A DNA stretch of 64,000 nt. Origin: Myxococcales bacterium. GTDB taxonomy: Bacteria > Myxococcota > Myxococcia > Myxococcales > UBA5297. The stretch lies in NCBI GenBank assembly GCA_049841135.1, contig JASGHK010000008.1, forward strand, positions 19,272-83,271. Direction: 5' to 3'. Of the stretch, positions 49,079 through 58,181 are shown one piece after another. The notes beneath the pieces are model-generated. The model saw nothing but the letters and a program-made list of their open reading frames with translations. It did not search any database and was not told the origin of the DNA. A program made the position numbers and the translations under genes. The stretch's first letter is position 1; each line of letters starts with the position of its first letter.

Positions 49079-50635
49079 GTGAAGTCCATCCCCGGTTCCA
49101 GCATCACCGGCCGCGCCCTGTGGGCCGCGGCGCAGCTTCGCGTCGCCATGTGGGACCGCCTGGCGGCCTCGCCGGACGCGGTCGAACGCGTCCAGCGCCA
49201 GACGCTGCTCGACTACTGCAACAAGGCCAAGGACACCGAGTTCGGCCGGGCCAACGGCCTGGGCGAGGTCCGCACCCCCGAGGACTTCCGCCGCAAGGTG
49301 CCGGTGCGCAACTACGGCGACTTCGAGCCCTACCTCGTCCGCATGCGCCAGGGCGAGCACAGCGTGCTCTGGCCGGGCCTCATCCCCTTCTACGGCTGCT
49401 CGTCGGGCACCTCGCACACCGCGTCGCTCAACAAGTACCTGCCCATCAGCCGCGAGCAGATCGGCTGGCAGCAGAAGGCCGGCGCCGACGTCGTCTTCCG
49501 CTACCTGTCGCTCACCGGCGACAGCAAGCTGACCGGCGGCTACCTGCTGGGCCTGTTCCCGCCCGGCACCGTCAAGCGCGAGGGCCCGGTCGGCGTGGCC
49601 AGCAACCCGGGCATCATGCAGCTGTTCCTGCCGTCGTTCTCCAAGCTGATGACGCTGCCCAAGCCGGCGGTGCGCGACATCGAGAACTACTCGCAGAAGC
49701 TGGACGCCATCGCCAGCGCCTACCTCGACTACGACGTGCGCGGCATCAGCGGCACCACCTGCTGGTTCCCCATCTTCTTCGAGCGGCTCATCAAGGCCGC
49801 CCGCGCGCGCGGCCGCGACGTCTCCACCGTCAACCAGATCTGGCCGAACCTGCACGCGCTCTTCGGCGGCGGGGTCACCGCCGAGCCGTACCGCCCGGTC
49901 ATCACCGAGCGCCTGGGCCACCCGGGCGTGGTGATGGACAACTACAACGCCACCGAGGGCGGCATCTTCGCGGCCACCTGGAGCCTCAACGACGACTCGC
50001 TGCTGATGATCCCCGACCGCGGCGTCTACTTCGAGTTCGTGCGCCGCGACCGCCCCGAGGCGGGCCGCGTGGGCCTGTGCGAGGTCGAGCGCGACGTCGA
50101 CTACTCGGTGGTCCTCACCACCTCCAGCGGCCTCTTCGCCTACGAGATCGGCGACTACATCCGCTTCACCTCGCTCTTCCCGCACCGGATGCGGTTCTCC
50201 GGGCGCAAGAGCGGCGTGCTCTCGCTGACGCAGGAGCTGATGACCCAGGGCGAGATCGAGCGGGCCGTCGGCGCCGCCGCCGCCGGGGCCCACGTGCCCA
50301 TCGTCGAGTTCGCCGCCGGCCCGGACGTGGGCGTGGGCGGGACGGCCAAGGGCCGCTACACCCTCTTCGTCGAGTTCGAGCGCTCCCCCGCCGACCTCGC
50401 CGCGTTCGCGCTCTCCTTCGACCAGAGCCTGCGCGAGCAGAACCGTGTCTACCGCGAGCATCGCGCCAACGACGTGGCGATCCTCGCCCCCGAGGTCGTC
50501 CCGCTCCCGAGGGGCGCGACCCGGCGCTTCATGGAGGAGTTGGGCCAGCACAGCGTGCAGCAGAAGTTCCCCCGCATCATCGATACGTCCCGGAGCAAGC
50601 TGCTGCGGTCCCTGGCAGCGACTTCGGACAAGTGA
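49079..50635 (+). CDS. GH3-family acyl-acid amido synthetase-like adenylating enzyme
   Basis: GH3 motifs YGCSSGTSHTAS and YNATEGG. The GTG start at 49079 with a GAGG RBS is chosen. An upstream in-frame start cannot be excluded. Confidence 0.7.
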   Translation: MKSIPGSSITGRALWAAAQLRVAMWDRLAASPDAVERVQRQTLLDYCNKAKDTEFGRANGLGEVRTPEDFRRKVPVRNYGDFEPYLVRMRQGEHSVLWPGLIPFYGCSSGTSHTASLNKYLPISREQIGWQQKAGADVVFRYLSLTGDSKLTGGYLLGLFPPGTVKREGPVGVASNPGIMQLFLPSFSKLMTLPKPAVRDIENYSQKLDAIASAYLDYDVRGISGTTCWFPIFFERLIKAARARGRDVSTVNQIWPNLHALFGGGVTAEPYRPVITERLGHPGVVMDNYNATEGGIFAATWSLNDDSLLMIPDRGVYFEFVRRDRPEAGRVGLCEVERDVDYSVVLTTSSGLFAYEIGDYIRFTSLFPHRMRFSGRKSGVLSLTQELMTQGEIERAVGAAAAGAHVPIVEFAAGPDVGVGGTAKGRYTLFVEFERSPADLAAFALSFDQSLREQNRVYREHRANDVAILAPEVVPLPRGATRRFMEELGQHSVQQKFPRIIDTSRSKLLRSLAATSDK

Positions 50636-50643
50636 GAGATACC

Positions 50644-51840
50644 GTGAGCAATCGTCTGGGCATCTGCATTGTCGGTCTGAATGGCGCCGTGGCCACCACG
50701 GTCGTTGCCGGCCAGCTTCTGATGAAGAAGAAGCTCACCGAGCGCAACGGCATGATCACCGAGACCAAGGACTTCGAGAAGCTGGGCCTGGCCCCGGTCG
50801 ACGACATCGTCTTCGGCGGCTGGGACCTGCTCCCCGGCTCCACCTACGAGTGGGCGCAGCACCACCACGTGCTCAAGCCCCACGTCGTGGACCAGGTCAA
50901 GGCCGAGCTCCAGGAGGTCAAGGCCTGGCCGGGCGTCGTGTCCGAGAAGTTCATGAACGCGATGGCCAAGGACAAGATCAAGAACGTGGTCAGCGCGCCC
51001 ACGTTCCGCAAGGAGCTGGAGATCCTCCAGGGCCACATCGAGGGCTTCAAGAAGCAGCACCAGCTCGACAACGTGGTCATCGTCAACCTGACCTCCACCG
51101 AGAAGTACACCGAGGTCAGCGACGTCCACCGCACCATCGAGGCCTTCGAGAAGGGCCTGGACGCCAACGACGAGCGGATCAGCCCGGCGATGAAGTTCCT
51201 CTACCTGGCCTGCAAGATGGGCATCCCGCACGCCAACTTCACGCCCAGCCTCTCCAAGATCCCCGCGCTCGAGAAGCTGTCCGACCAGACCATCCCCATC
51301 TGCGGCGAGGACGGCAAGACCGGCCAGACGCTGCTCAAGACCGTGCTCGCGCCGATGTTCGTCGTCCGCCAGCTCAAGGTGCGCGGCTGGTTCTCGACCA
51401 ACATCCTGGGCAACAACGACGGCCTGGTCCTCAACGACCCCGCCGCCAACAAGACCAAGGTCACCAGCAAGATGAGCGTGCTCGACAGCGTGCTCGGCTA
51501 CAAGGTGCCCTTCCACCAGGTGCACATCCACTACTACGAGCCCCGCGGCGACGACAAGGAAGCCTGGGACAACATCGACATCGAGGGCTGGGCCGGCGAG
51601 AACATGCAGCTGAAGATGAACTTCCTCTGCAAGGACTCCATCCTGGCCGCGCCGCTGGTCATCGACATGGCCCGCATCCTCGCCTTCGCCAAGGCCAAGG
51701 GCGAGAAGGGCATCCAGCGCCAGATGTCCGTCTTCTTCAAGTCGCCCTACCACACCGAGGGCGAGACCCCGGTCCACGACCTGTTCCGCCAGTACACGCT
51801 GCTCGAGAACTGGTCGGCCAAGCACGGCGGCAAGGCGTAG
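50644..51840 (+). CDS. ino1: myo-inositol-1-phosphate synthase (inositol-3-phosphate synthase)
   Basis: LGICIVGLNGAVATTVVAG NAD fold. HANFTPSLSKIPALEKL...GEDGKTGQTLLKTVLAPMF...GWFSTNILGNNDG...KSP closely parallels archaeal and bacterial MIPS. Confidence 0.85.
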   Translation: MSNRLGICIVGLNGAVATTVVAGQLLMKKKLTERNGMITETKDFEKLGLAPVDDIVFGGWDLLPGSTYEWAQHHHVLKPHVVDQVKAELQEVKAWPGVVSEKFMNAMAKDKIKNVVSAPTFRKELEILQGHIEGFKKQHQLDNVVIVNLTSTEKYTEVSDVHRTIEAFEKGLDANDERISPAMKFLYLACKMGIPHANFTPSLSKIPALEKLSDQTIPICGEDGKTGQTLLKTVLAPMFVVRQLKVRGWFSTNILGNNDGLVLNDPAANKTKVTSKMSVLDSVLGYKVPFHQVHIHYYEPRGDDKEAWDNIDIEGWAGENMQLKMNFLCKDSILAAPLVIDMARILAFAKAKGEKGIQRQMSVFFKSPYHTEGETPVHDLFRQYTLLENWSAKHGGKA

Positions 51841-52009
51841 CCGGGCTTCGGGCTTCGGGCCTCGGGCTTCGGACTATTCCTTCCCGCCTGAGGCCCCCAG
51901 CCTAGACACGCGGGATCGGCAAGGCCCGCAACAGCAACCAACACGCACCTGAGAGAGCGCGGTCCACATAGGGACCGCGCTCTTTCCCTTCACACCAGGA
52001 GAGTCGGTC

Positions 52010-53323
52010 ATGACGGAGCTCGCGATCTTTGGGGGCAAGCCTGCAGTGCGCGCAGAGGACCACGTGCGCTGGCCGGTCCTCGGTCAGGAGGATCGCGAGG
52101 CGGTCCTGCGCGTCCTCGACCGCGGCGTGCTCTCCGGCCCGTTCGCACCCGAGGTCCGCGCGCTCGAGTCCGAGTGGGCCAAGTACCTGGGCAGCAAGTG
52201 GTGCCTGGCCACCAACAGCGGCACCGCCGCCATCCACATGGCCATGGCCGCCGCCGGCATCGGCCCGGGCGACGAGGTGATCGTCCCGGCGTTCACCTTC
52301 GTGGCCACCGCCCTCGCCGTGCTCCACCAGGGCGCGGTGCCGGTCTTCGTCGACGTCGAAGAGAAGACCTTCGGCATGGACCCCGCGCAGGTCGAGAAGG
52401 CCATCACCCGGAGGACCAAGGCGGTGATGCCGGTGCACCTGCACGGCACGCCCTGCGACATCGACGCCATCGCCGCGCTCTGCAAGAAGCACAACCTGCT
52501 GCTCATCGAGGACGCGGCGCAGGCGCACGGCAGCACGCACGCCGGCAAGAAGGTGGGCACCATCGGCGCCATCGGCTGCTTCAGCGTGCAGTCGTCCAAG
52601 AGCCTCGCCGCGGGCGAAGGCGGCCTGTTGGTCACCGACAGCGAGGCTCTGTGGGAGCAGGCCAACCGCACCCGCATGTTCGGCGAGAACGTGAAGGCGG
52701 GCGACGAGTCCGGCTACAACCTCCAGCGCGCCCTCGACGGCAACCGCGCCTACGACTCGCTGGGCATGGGCTGGATGTACCGGACCACCGAGCTGTCCGC
52801 CGCCGTCTGCCGCGCGCAGCTCGGCAAGCTCGACAAGTTCAACGCCCAGGCGCAGGCCAACGCCGCGCTCCTGAACAAGCACCTGAAGGAGCTGCCCGGC
52901 GTCACCCCGCCCGAGCCGCGAGCCGGCGACACCAGCTGCTACCACAAGTACCGCGTGGTCCTGGACCCGAAGAAGGCGGGCGTCGACGCGCCGCCCAAGA
53001 AGGTCCGCGACGCGCTCAAGGCGGCGCTCGTCGCCGAGGGCTTGGAGGCGGTGCTCTGGCAGACCCAGCCCGTGCCGGGCCAGGGCCTGTTCAAGAACAA
53101 GGCGGGCTTCGGTGGCCGGGCGTTCCCGTTCGACCAGTCGCCGCAGGTCAACTACGACCTGGGCCAGTTCCCGACGACCACGCGGCTGCTCGACTCGTCG
53201 ATCGTGCTCTTCTCGCACACCTGCCCCATCGCGCCGCAGCCGACGAAGCTGGTCGAGGCCTACGCCGAGACCTTCACCCGCGTCTGGAAGCGCCTGGGCG
53301 ACGTGGTGGCCAAGGCGAAGTAG
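52010..53323 (+). CDS. DegT/DnrJ/EryC1/StrS-family PLP-dependent aminotransferase
   Basis: GPFAPEVRALESEWAKYLGSKWCLATNSGTAAIHMA...FSVQSSKSLAAGEGG with the family PLP-Lys context. Confidence 0.85.
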   Translation: MTELAIFGGKPAVRAEDHVRWPVLGQEDREAVLRVLDRGVLSGPFAPEVRALESEWAKYLGSKWCLATNSGTAAIHMAMAAAGIGPGDEVIVPAFTFVATALAVLHQGAVPVFVDVEEKTFGMDPAQVEKAITRRTKAVMPVHLHGTPCDIDAIAALCKKHNLLLIEDAAQAHGSTHAGKKVGTIGAIGCFSVQSSKSLAAGEGGLLVTDSEALWEQANRTRMFGENVKAGDESGYNLQRALDGNRAYDSLGMGWMYRTTELSAAVCRAQLGKLDKFNAQAQANAALLNKHLKELPGVTPPEPRAGDTSCYHKYRVVLDPKKAGVDAPPKKVRDALKAALVAEGLEAVLWQTQPVPGQGLFKNKAGFGGRAFPFDQSPQVNYDLGQFPTTTRLLDSSIVLFSHTCPIAPQPTKLVEAYAETFTRVWKRLGDVVAKAK

Positions 53324-53339
53324 CGGCCCTCCCCCTACT

Positions 53340-53460
53340 CCTCCCCCCTCCCCGACCTTCAACCTGCGGGAGGGGCGTTCGTCCCGCGGCTTCGGCTGTC
53401 TTGGTCGGAGCTGCTCGGACTCCTCGGATCGCCGGCCTTGTGCCGGAAAGCACTCTGAGC
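53340..53460. repeat. dispersed intergenic repeat copy (caacctgcgggaggggcgttcgtcccgcggcttcggc...ggtcggagctgctc)
   Basis: About 85% identical over about 75 bp to 57765-57840. Confidence 0.65.
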
Positions 53461-53589
53461 GACCACCGACGGGCTGTCTGTCCTGCCCTATCCAGTGGAT
53501 GGAGGAGGACCCTGTGGTTGCGGGCGTCCCGCCCGCGCGCCCGCGCACGGGGCCGCCTCGGCTCTCGCAACGCCTCGGGAGATGCACTC

Positions 53590-54385
53590 ATGACCCCCCG
53601 TCCCGCCAACTTGCTCGACAGCGCCATCGCCGCTGCCCGCGCTGCCGGCGCCATCCAGCTCGAGCGCCGCAAGGCCGGCTTCAAGGTCGAGGACAAGGGC
53701 GCGGCGGACATCGTCACCGAGGTCGATGGCGAGTGCGAGCGGGCCATCACCGAGCTCGTCGCCGCACGCCTTCCCGGGCACGCGGTGCTGGGCGAAGAAG
53801 GAACCGGAGAGGTCGACACTCAGGCCGAGTTCCTGTGGATCGTCGAATCCGCTCGACGGGACCAAGAACTACGCCCACGGGTACGCGCGCTCGGCCGTGT
53901 CCATCGCGGTCGCTCACCACGGCAAGGTCGTGGTCGGCGTCATCCTCAACCCGGCGACCGACGAGCTCTTCGCCGCCGAAGAGGGCAAGGGCGCGACGCT
54001 CAACGGCCAGGCCATCCACGTCTCGGCGACCGAGCGCATCTCGCGGGCCATGGTCGCCAGCGCGCTCGCCTACGACCCAACCCCCGGCGTGCGCCGCGCC
54101 GACCGCGCCCAGCTCGAGCGCTTGGCGCGAGTGCTCGCCGCCGCCGAGGCCGTCCGCTCCGACGGCTGCTGCGCCCTCGACCTGTGCGACGTGGCCCGCG
54201 GCCGTTTCGACGCGTACTTCGAGCACGGCCTGAAGAGCTGGGACACCGCCGCGGGCACGCTGATCGTCCGCGAAGCGGGAGGCACCGTCACCACCTATGC
54301 CGGCGGCCCGCACGATCCGAACTCGCCCGACATGGTGGCGTCCAACGGGCGCTTCCACGCGGAGCTGGTCAAGCTGATGGAGTGA
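53590..54385 (+). CDS. inositol monophosphatase family protein; apparent +1 frameshift near 53846
   Basis: EEG...EFLWIV then a shift to DPLDGTKNYAHG (the IMPase DPIDGT motif) and WDTAAG later. Removing one A in gaa restores the frame. Confidence 0.8.
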
Positions 54386-54480
54386 GGCCCGCTGGGGAGG
54401 GCCCGGGATGGCTGTCTCCGCGGCCGGTGTTGGAGCCGTGACGCGGGAGGCGGGCTGAGACCGCCTTCCTCGGCTCTCTC

Positions 54481-57027
54481 ATGACCTTGCCCCCTGGCTC
54501 CCCCTCGGCGAAGCACAGACTCTTGCGCGTCCCCGGCAGCCTCTACCGCCGCTATGTGGCCGCCGTCTGCCGCAAGCCCCGGCTCGCCGCCCTGCTGCTC
54601 GCGCTCTTCAGCCTGCCCGCCCTGGCGCTGACCGCCGCCTACTTCGCCGACGTCCGCGCCGGGCTCCAGGAGCTGCTGCCCTCCTCCGCCCCCAGCGTGA
54701 CGGCCCTGAAGGAGCTGCACGCTCGCCTGGGCGGGCAAGCGCACCTGAACGTGCTCGTGCAGTCGGACGACCCGGCGGCCAATCGACGCTTCGTCGACGA
54801 GCTCGCCGGCCGGCTGCGCGAGCGCAATCTCCCCGAAGCCAGGTCCATCCAGTCCACGGTGATGCCCGAGCGGCTCTGGGCCGAGAAGCGTGCCCCGCTC
54901 CTCTTGCCGCGCGCCGAGTTCGACCGGGCGATGGACGAGGTCGACCGGGCCATCGAAGAAGCCACCGTCCAGGCGAGCCCGTTCGCGCTGGGCCTCGAGG
55001 ACGAAGCGCCGTCGGAACAGGCCGGCTCGCAGCTCCAGGAGCGGCTCCAGGCGCGCATCGCCGAGCAGGACCGGTTCCCCACCGGCACCCTGCAGACCCG
55101 CGACGGCAAGACCGCGGTCGTCGTCATCAAGCTTCAAGGCTCGGAGGTGGACATCGAGCCCTCTTCGCGGCTGCTCGCCTCGGTGCAGCGCGAGGTCGAC
55201 GCGCTGCGGCCCGGCTTCCCGCCGGAGCTGACCGTCGCCTACAACGGCGAGGTCGCCAACCTGGTCGAGGAGCACTCCGCGATCCTCTCGGACATGTCGC
55301 TGTCGACCTTGCTCGTCTTCGCGCTGGTCACCGCGCTCATCGCCGCCTACTTCCGGTCCTGGCGCGCGATCCTCGCGGTGGGCATCGGCTTGCTGCCGGG
55401 CCTGTTCGCGACCTTCGCACTGGGCCGTCTGCTCGCCGGCAGCCTCAACTCCAACACCGCCTTCCTGGGCTCGATCATCGCGGGCAACGGCATCAACTAC
55501 CCGCTCATCCTGCTCGCCTACTTCCGGGCCACCGAGTCGCACCTGCCCCTGCCCGAGGCCATCGTCCGCGCCGCGCGCCGCGCGCTGCCGGGGACCCTGG
55601 GCGCGGCCGCCACCGCTTCGGCCGCCTATGCCGGCCTCGCCTCCTCCTCGTTCAAGGGCTTCTCGCAGTTCGGCTGGCTCGGTGGCGCCGGGATGATCTG
55701 CACCTGGGCCGTCACCTTCCTGGCCATGCCCGTGGCCATCGCGCTGCTCGATCCGCCTCGCCAGGTCGAGAGGATCACCCGCCCCCAGCGGTGGCTCGAG
55801 CGCTACTTCTCCCATCCCCGAACCCCTCGCCTCGTAGCGGCCGCGGCGCTCGTCCTGGTCCTCGGCGGATTGCTCTTCGGAGTCGTGCGCGCGGCGCGGA
55901 CGGGCCTCTACGAGTGGGACCTGCGCCACCTGCGCAACTCGGACTCGCTCGAGTCCGGCAGCGCCTCGTGGGACCCGAAGATGAACGAGATCTTCGGCGT
56001 CTGGCTCAACCCCATCGTGGCGATGGCGCCCACGGCCGACGCACGCGAAGAGGTCGCGGAGGGTCTGCGACGCGCGCTCGTGACCGGTGCCGAGCCACTG
56101 GCGGAGCGGGTTCAGACCATCCAGGACTTCGTGCCCCCGCTCGCCGACCAGCAGCAGCGCCTGCAGCGCATCGCCCGGCTGGGCGCACAGGCCCAGAAGC
56201 TGCGCGAGGTCGCGCCCGAGAAGCTCTCGGCCGACGCCTGGCGCCGGCTCGACCTGTGGACGGCCCCTGCGCAGCTCGCGCCCATCACCGTCTCCGAGGT
56301 CCCGAGCACGCTCCTCAACGGCCTCGCGGAGGTCTCCGGCCGTACCGACGCCGCGGTGCTGCTCTTCCCGTCGCTCAAGGTGGACTTCGACGACGGACGC
56401 AACGTCCTGCGGTTCGCCGATCAGCTGGCGACGGCGAAGCTCCCGCCGGGCACCGTGGTGGGCGGCGGCTTCCTCTTCATGGCGGAGATCATCCGGCGGG
56501 TGCACGACGAGGCCCCGGTGGTGGTCCTGACCGTGGCGGCGCTGGTGGCGCTGCTGCTCGTGCCGCTCTTCGGGCGCAAGCCGTCGCGCGTGCTGGTGAC
56601 GGTGGTGACGGTGGGCGCCGTGGCGCTCGCCTCGCAAGCGCTGATGGTGGCCCTGGGCGTGCGGGTGAACATGCTAAACTTCGCCGCGGTGCCCATCACC
56701 ATCGGCGTCGGCGCGGACTATGTGGTGAACCTGTTCGGCGCCATGGACGCGCTCGGCTCCGACGCGCGCCGGGCGTGCTCCCGCATGGGCGGCGCCATCC
56801 TGCTCTGCTCGCTGACCACCATCGTCGGCTACCTCTCTCTGGTGATGGCGCAGTCCGGCGCGCTGCGAAGCTTCGGCTGGGCCGCCGTGGTCGGAGAGGT
56901 CCTGGCGGTGGGCACGGTCCTGGGCGTCTTGCCGGTCGTGCTCCCACGCCGGAAGACGGCTGCGGCTCCCGAGACCCTCGCAGCACCGCCGCCGCCCACC
57001 GAGGCCGCTGAGGAGGCTGCAGCCTAA
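54481..57027 (+). CDS. MMPL/RND-superfamily exporter (HpnN-like lipid transporter)
   Basis: 848 aa. Two hydrophobic 6-TM bundles, each after a large soluble loop. Typical RND/MMPL topology. Confidence 0.75.
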   Translation: MTLPPGSPSAKHRLLRVPGSLYRRYVAAVCRKPRLAALLLALFSLPALALTAAYFADVRAGLQELLPSSAPSVTALKELHARLGGQAHLNVLVQSDDPAANRRFVDELAGRLRERNLPEARSIQSTVMPERLWAEKRAPLLLPRAEFDRAMDEVDRAIEEATVQASPFALGLEDEAPSEQAGSQLQERLQARIAEQDRFPTGTLQTRDGKTAVVVIKLQGSEVDIEPSSRLLASVQREVDALRPGFPPELTVAYNGEVANLVEEHSAILSDMSLSTLLVFALVTALIAAYFRSWRAILAVGIGLLPGLFATFALGRLLAGSLNSNTAFLGSIIAGNGINYPLILLAYFRATESHLPLPEAIVRAARRALPGTLGAAATASAAYAGLASSSFKGFSQFGWLGGAGMICTWAVTFLAMPVAIALLDPPRQVERITRPQRWLERYFSHPRTPRLVAAAALVLVLGGLLFGVVRAARTGLYEWDLRHLRNSDSLESGSASWDPKMNEIFGVWLNPIVAMAPTADAREEVAEGLRRALVTGAEPLAERVQTIQDFVPPLADQQQRLQRIARLGAQAQKLREVAPEKLSADAWRRLDLWTAPAQLAPITVSEVPSTLLNGLAEVSGRTDAAVLLFPSLKVDFDDGRNVLRFADQLATAKLPPGTVVGGGFLFMAEIIRRVHDEAPVVVLTVAALVALLLVPLFGRKPSRVLVTVVTVGAVALASQALMVALGVRVNMLNFAAVPITIGVGADYVVNLFGAMDALGSDARRACSRMGGAILLCSLTTIVGYLSLVMAQSGALRSFGWAAVVGEVLAVGTVLGVLPVVLPRRKTAAAPETLAAPPPPTEAAEEAAA

Positions 57028-57074
57028 GCGCCGGGAAGGACGCTCCTTTTCAACACGGGCTGCGAACGGGTGGC

Positions 57075-57094
57075 GCCCGCCCTTGAAGGCGGGC
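57075..57094 (+). terminator. GC-rich hairpin (gcccgcc-cttgaa-ggcgggc) 48 nt after the MMPL stop; possible terminator without a U-tract
   Basis: Perfect 7-bp stem seen directly. No T-run follows. Confidence 0.25.
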
Positions 57095-57209
57095 AGGCTT
57101 GAGGGCGTCAAAGCGCCAGCTTGATTGCCCTGCGTCACCCGAGCGTGGTAGGTCCGAGCCCGTGAACAAGCTCAGCACCCGAGACGGTCGCTTCGCTGCC
57201 CTGCGTCGG

Positions 57210-57738
57210 ATGGCGCTGGCGGGGATCGCCCTGGTGCTCTGTGGCGCGGAGGCCGCGATGGAGCCGAAGTTCGGCCCGAACGACATCGAGACGCTCTTCT
57301 TCATCAACAAGAGCGACGACAAGAACCGCGTGGACTACGGCCTTCGGCTGGACGCCAACTGCCAGCCGGTGGGCAGCGACCCGGTCTTCCCGTACTGGCG
57401 CGAGTTCGAGAACGCCCCGCCGGTGAAGACGCACACGCTCAAGTTCTTCGAGTACGCGGGCTACGGCGTGGTCGGCGTGAAGGTCACCAAGAACGAAGGC
57501 GGCGCCGACATCTCGCTCAAGCTCAAGCCGCTCTCCCGGGAGCTCGTCATCTCCACCGGCAAGGGCCCGGACGGCAAGTGCATGGCCGTGGTGCGCAGCA
57601 CCATCGCCGACGTGCAGGGGGCCGAGCTCAAGAGCGCGTACATCAAGCTCAAGTACGGCTGGACGGTCGACTACGTCGACGTGTTCGGCAAGCACCCCAT
57701 CACCGGGGCGGAGCTCGACCGAGCGGCTCAAGCAGTAG
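57210..57738 (+). CDS. secreted hypothetical protein; 3' end uncertain
   Basis: Signal peptide MALAGIALVLCGAEA. The in-frame ORF continues to 57932 through a dispersed repeat. A +1 error in gggg at 57706-57709 would end the protein ...HPITGRSSTERLKQ* at TAG 57736-57738. Confidence 0.45.
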
Positions 57739-57744
57739 GCAGCC

Positions 57745-57900
57745 CTGCCCTCGCAGCCCTCCCTCCCAACTGCGGGAGGGGTTCGTCCCGTGGCTTCGGC
57801 GATCCTGGTCGGAGCTGCTCCAACTCCCTTGGCTTCCTGCGACGCACAATTTCGGTGCGAGCAGGAGCGCTAGCGCTCCAAGGCCTCGGCGTCGCATCCC
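57745..57900. repeat. dispersed intergenic repeat copy (tcccaactgcgggaggggttcgtcccgtggcttcggc...)
   Basis: Matches 53340-53460. The core is the reverse complement of ccctcccgcagttggga. Confidence 0.65.
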
Positions 57901-58024
57901 TTCAGACCCGCACCGGTGTCGGCGAACGCTGACATACCTTGCGCGGGGTCATGTCAGCGTACCCATACCGTCTGCCCCGGGACGCCCATGCCGAGACTGG
58001 CTTCATGAGTAGTCGCCGGCCGAT

Positions 58025-58120
58025 CGCGGCGGCAGAAGAGCTCCGACCTGGGTGGCCGAAGGCAACCTACGGACCCCCTCCCGCAGTTGGGAAGGGGCAG
58101 GGGGACGGCCCGCAAACGCG
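58025..58120. repeat. dispersed intergenic repeat copy (ggcggcagaagagctccgacctgggtggccgaag...ccccctcccgcagttgggaaggggcaggggg)
   Basis: Matches 38290-38355 and 19141-19228. Confidence 0.65.
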
Positions 58121-58181
58121 AAGCCGGCGAGATCTCTCGATCGCGCCGGCCTCGTGAACTGACCTCAGCGACCCGCTCGAA

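Noticed and set aside
46811-50551. 1,246-aa minus-strand ORF overlapping the GMC and GH3 genes
   Set aside because: The true GMC gene is in another minus frame (46993-48882), and GH3 is on the plus strand. This is a frame artefact.
53590-54385. Treating the inositol monophosphatase as two genes or a pseudogene
   Set aside because: The canonical DPLDGTKNY motif is reconstituted by deleting one A in a homopolymer. This is the same error class seen throughout the window, so it was called as one CDS with a flagged frameshift.
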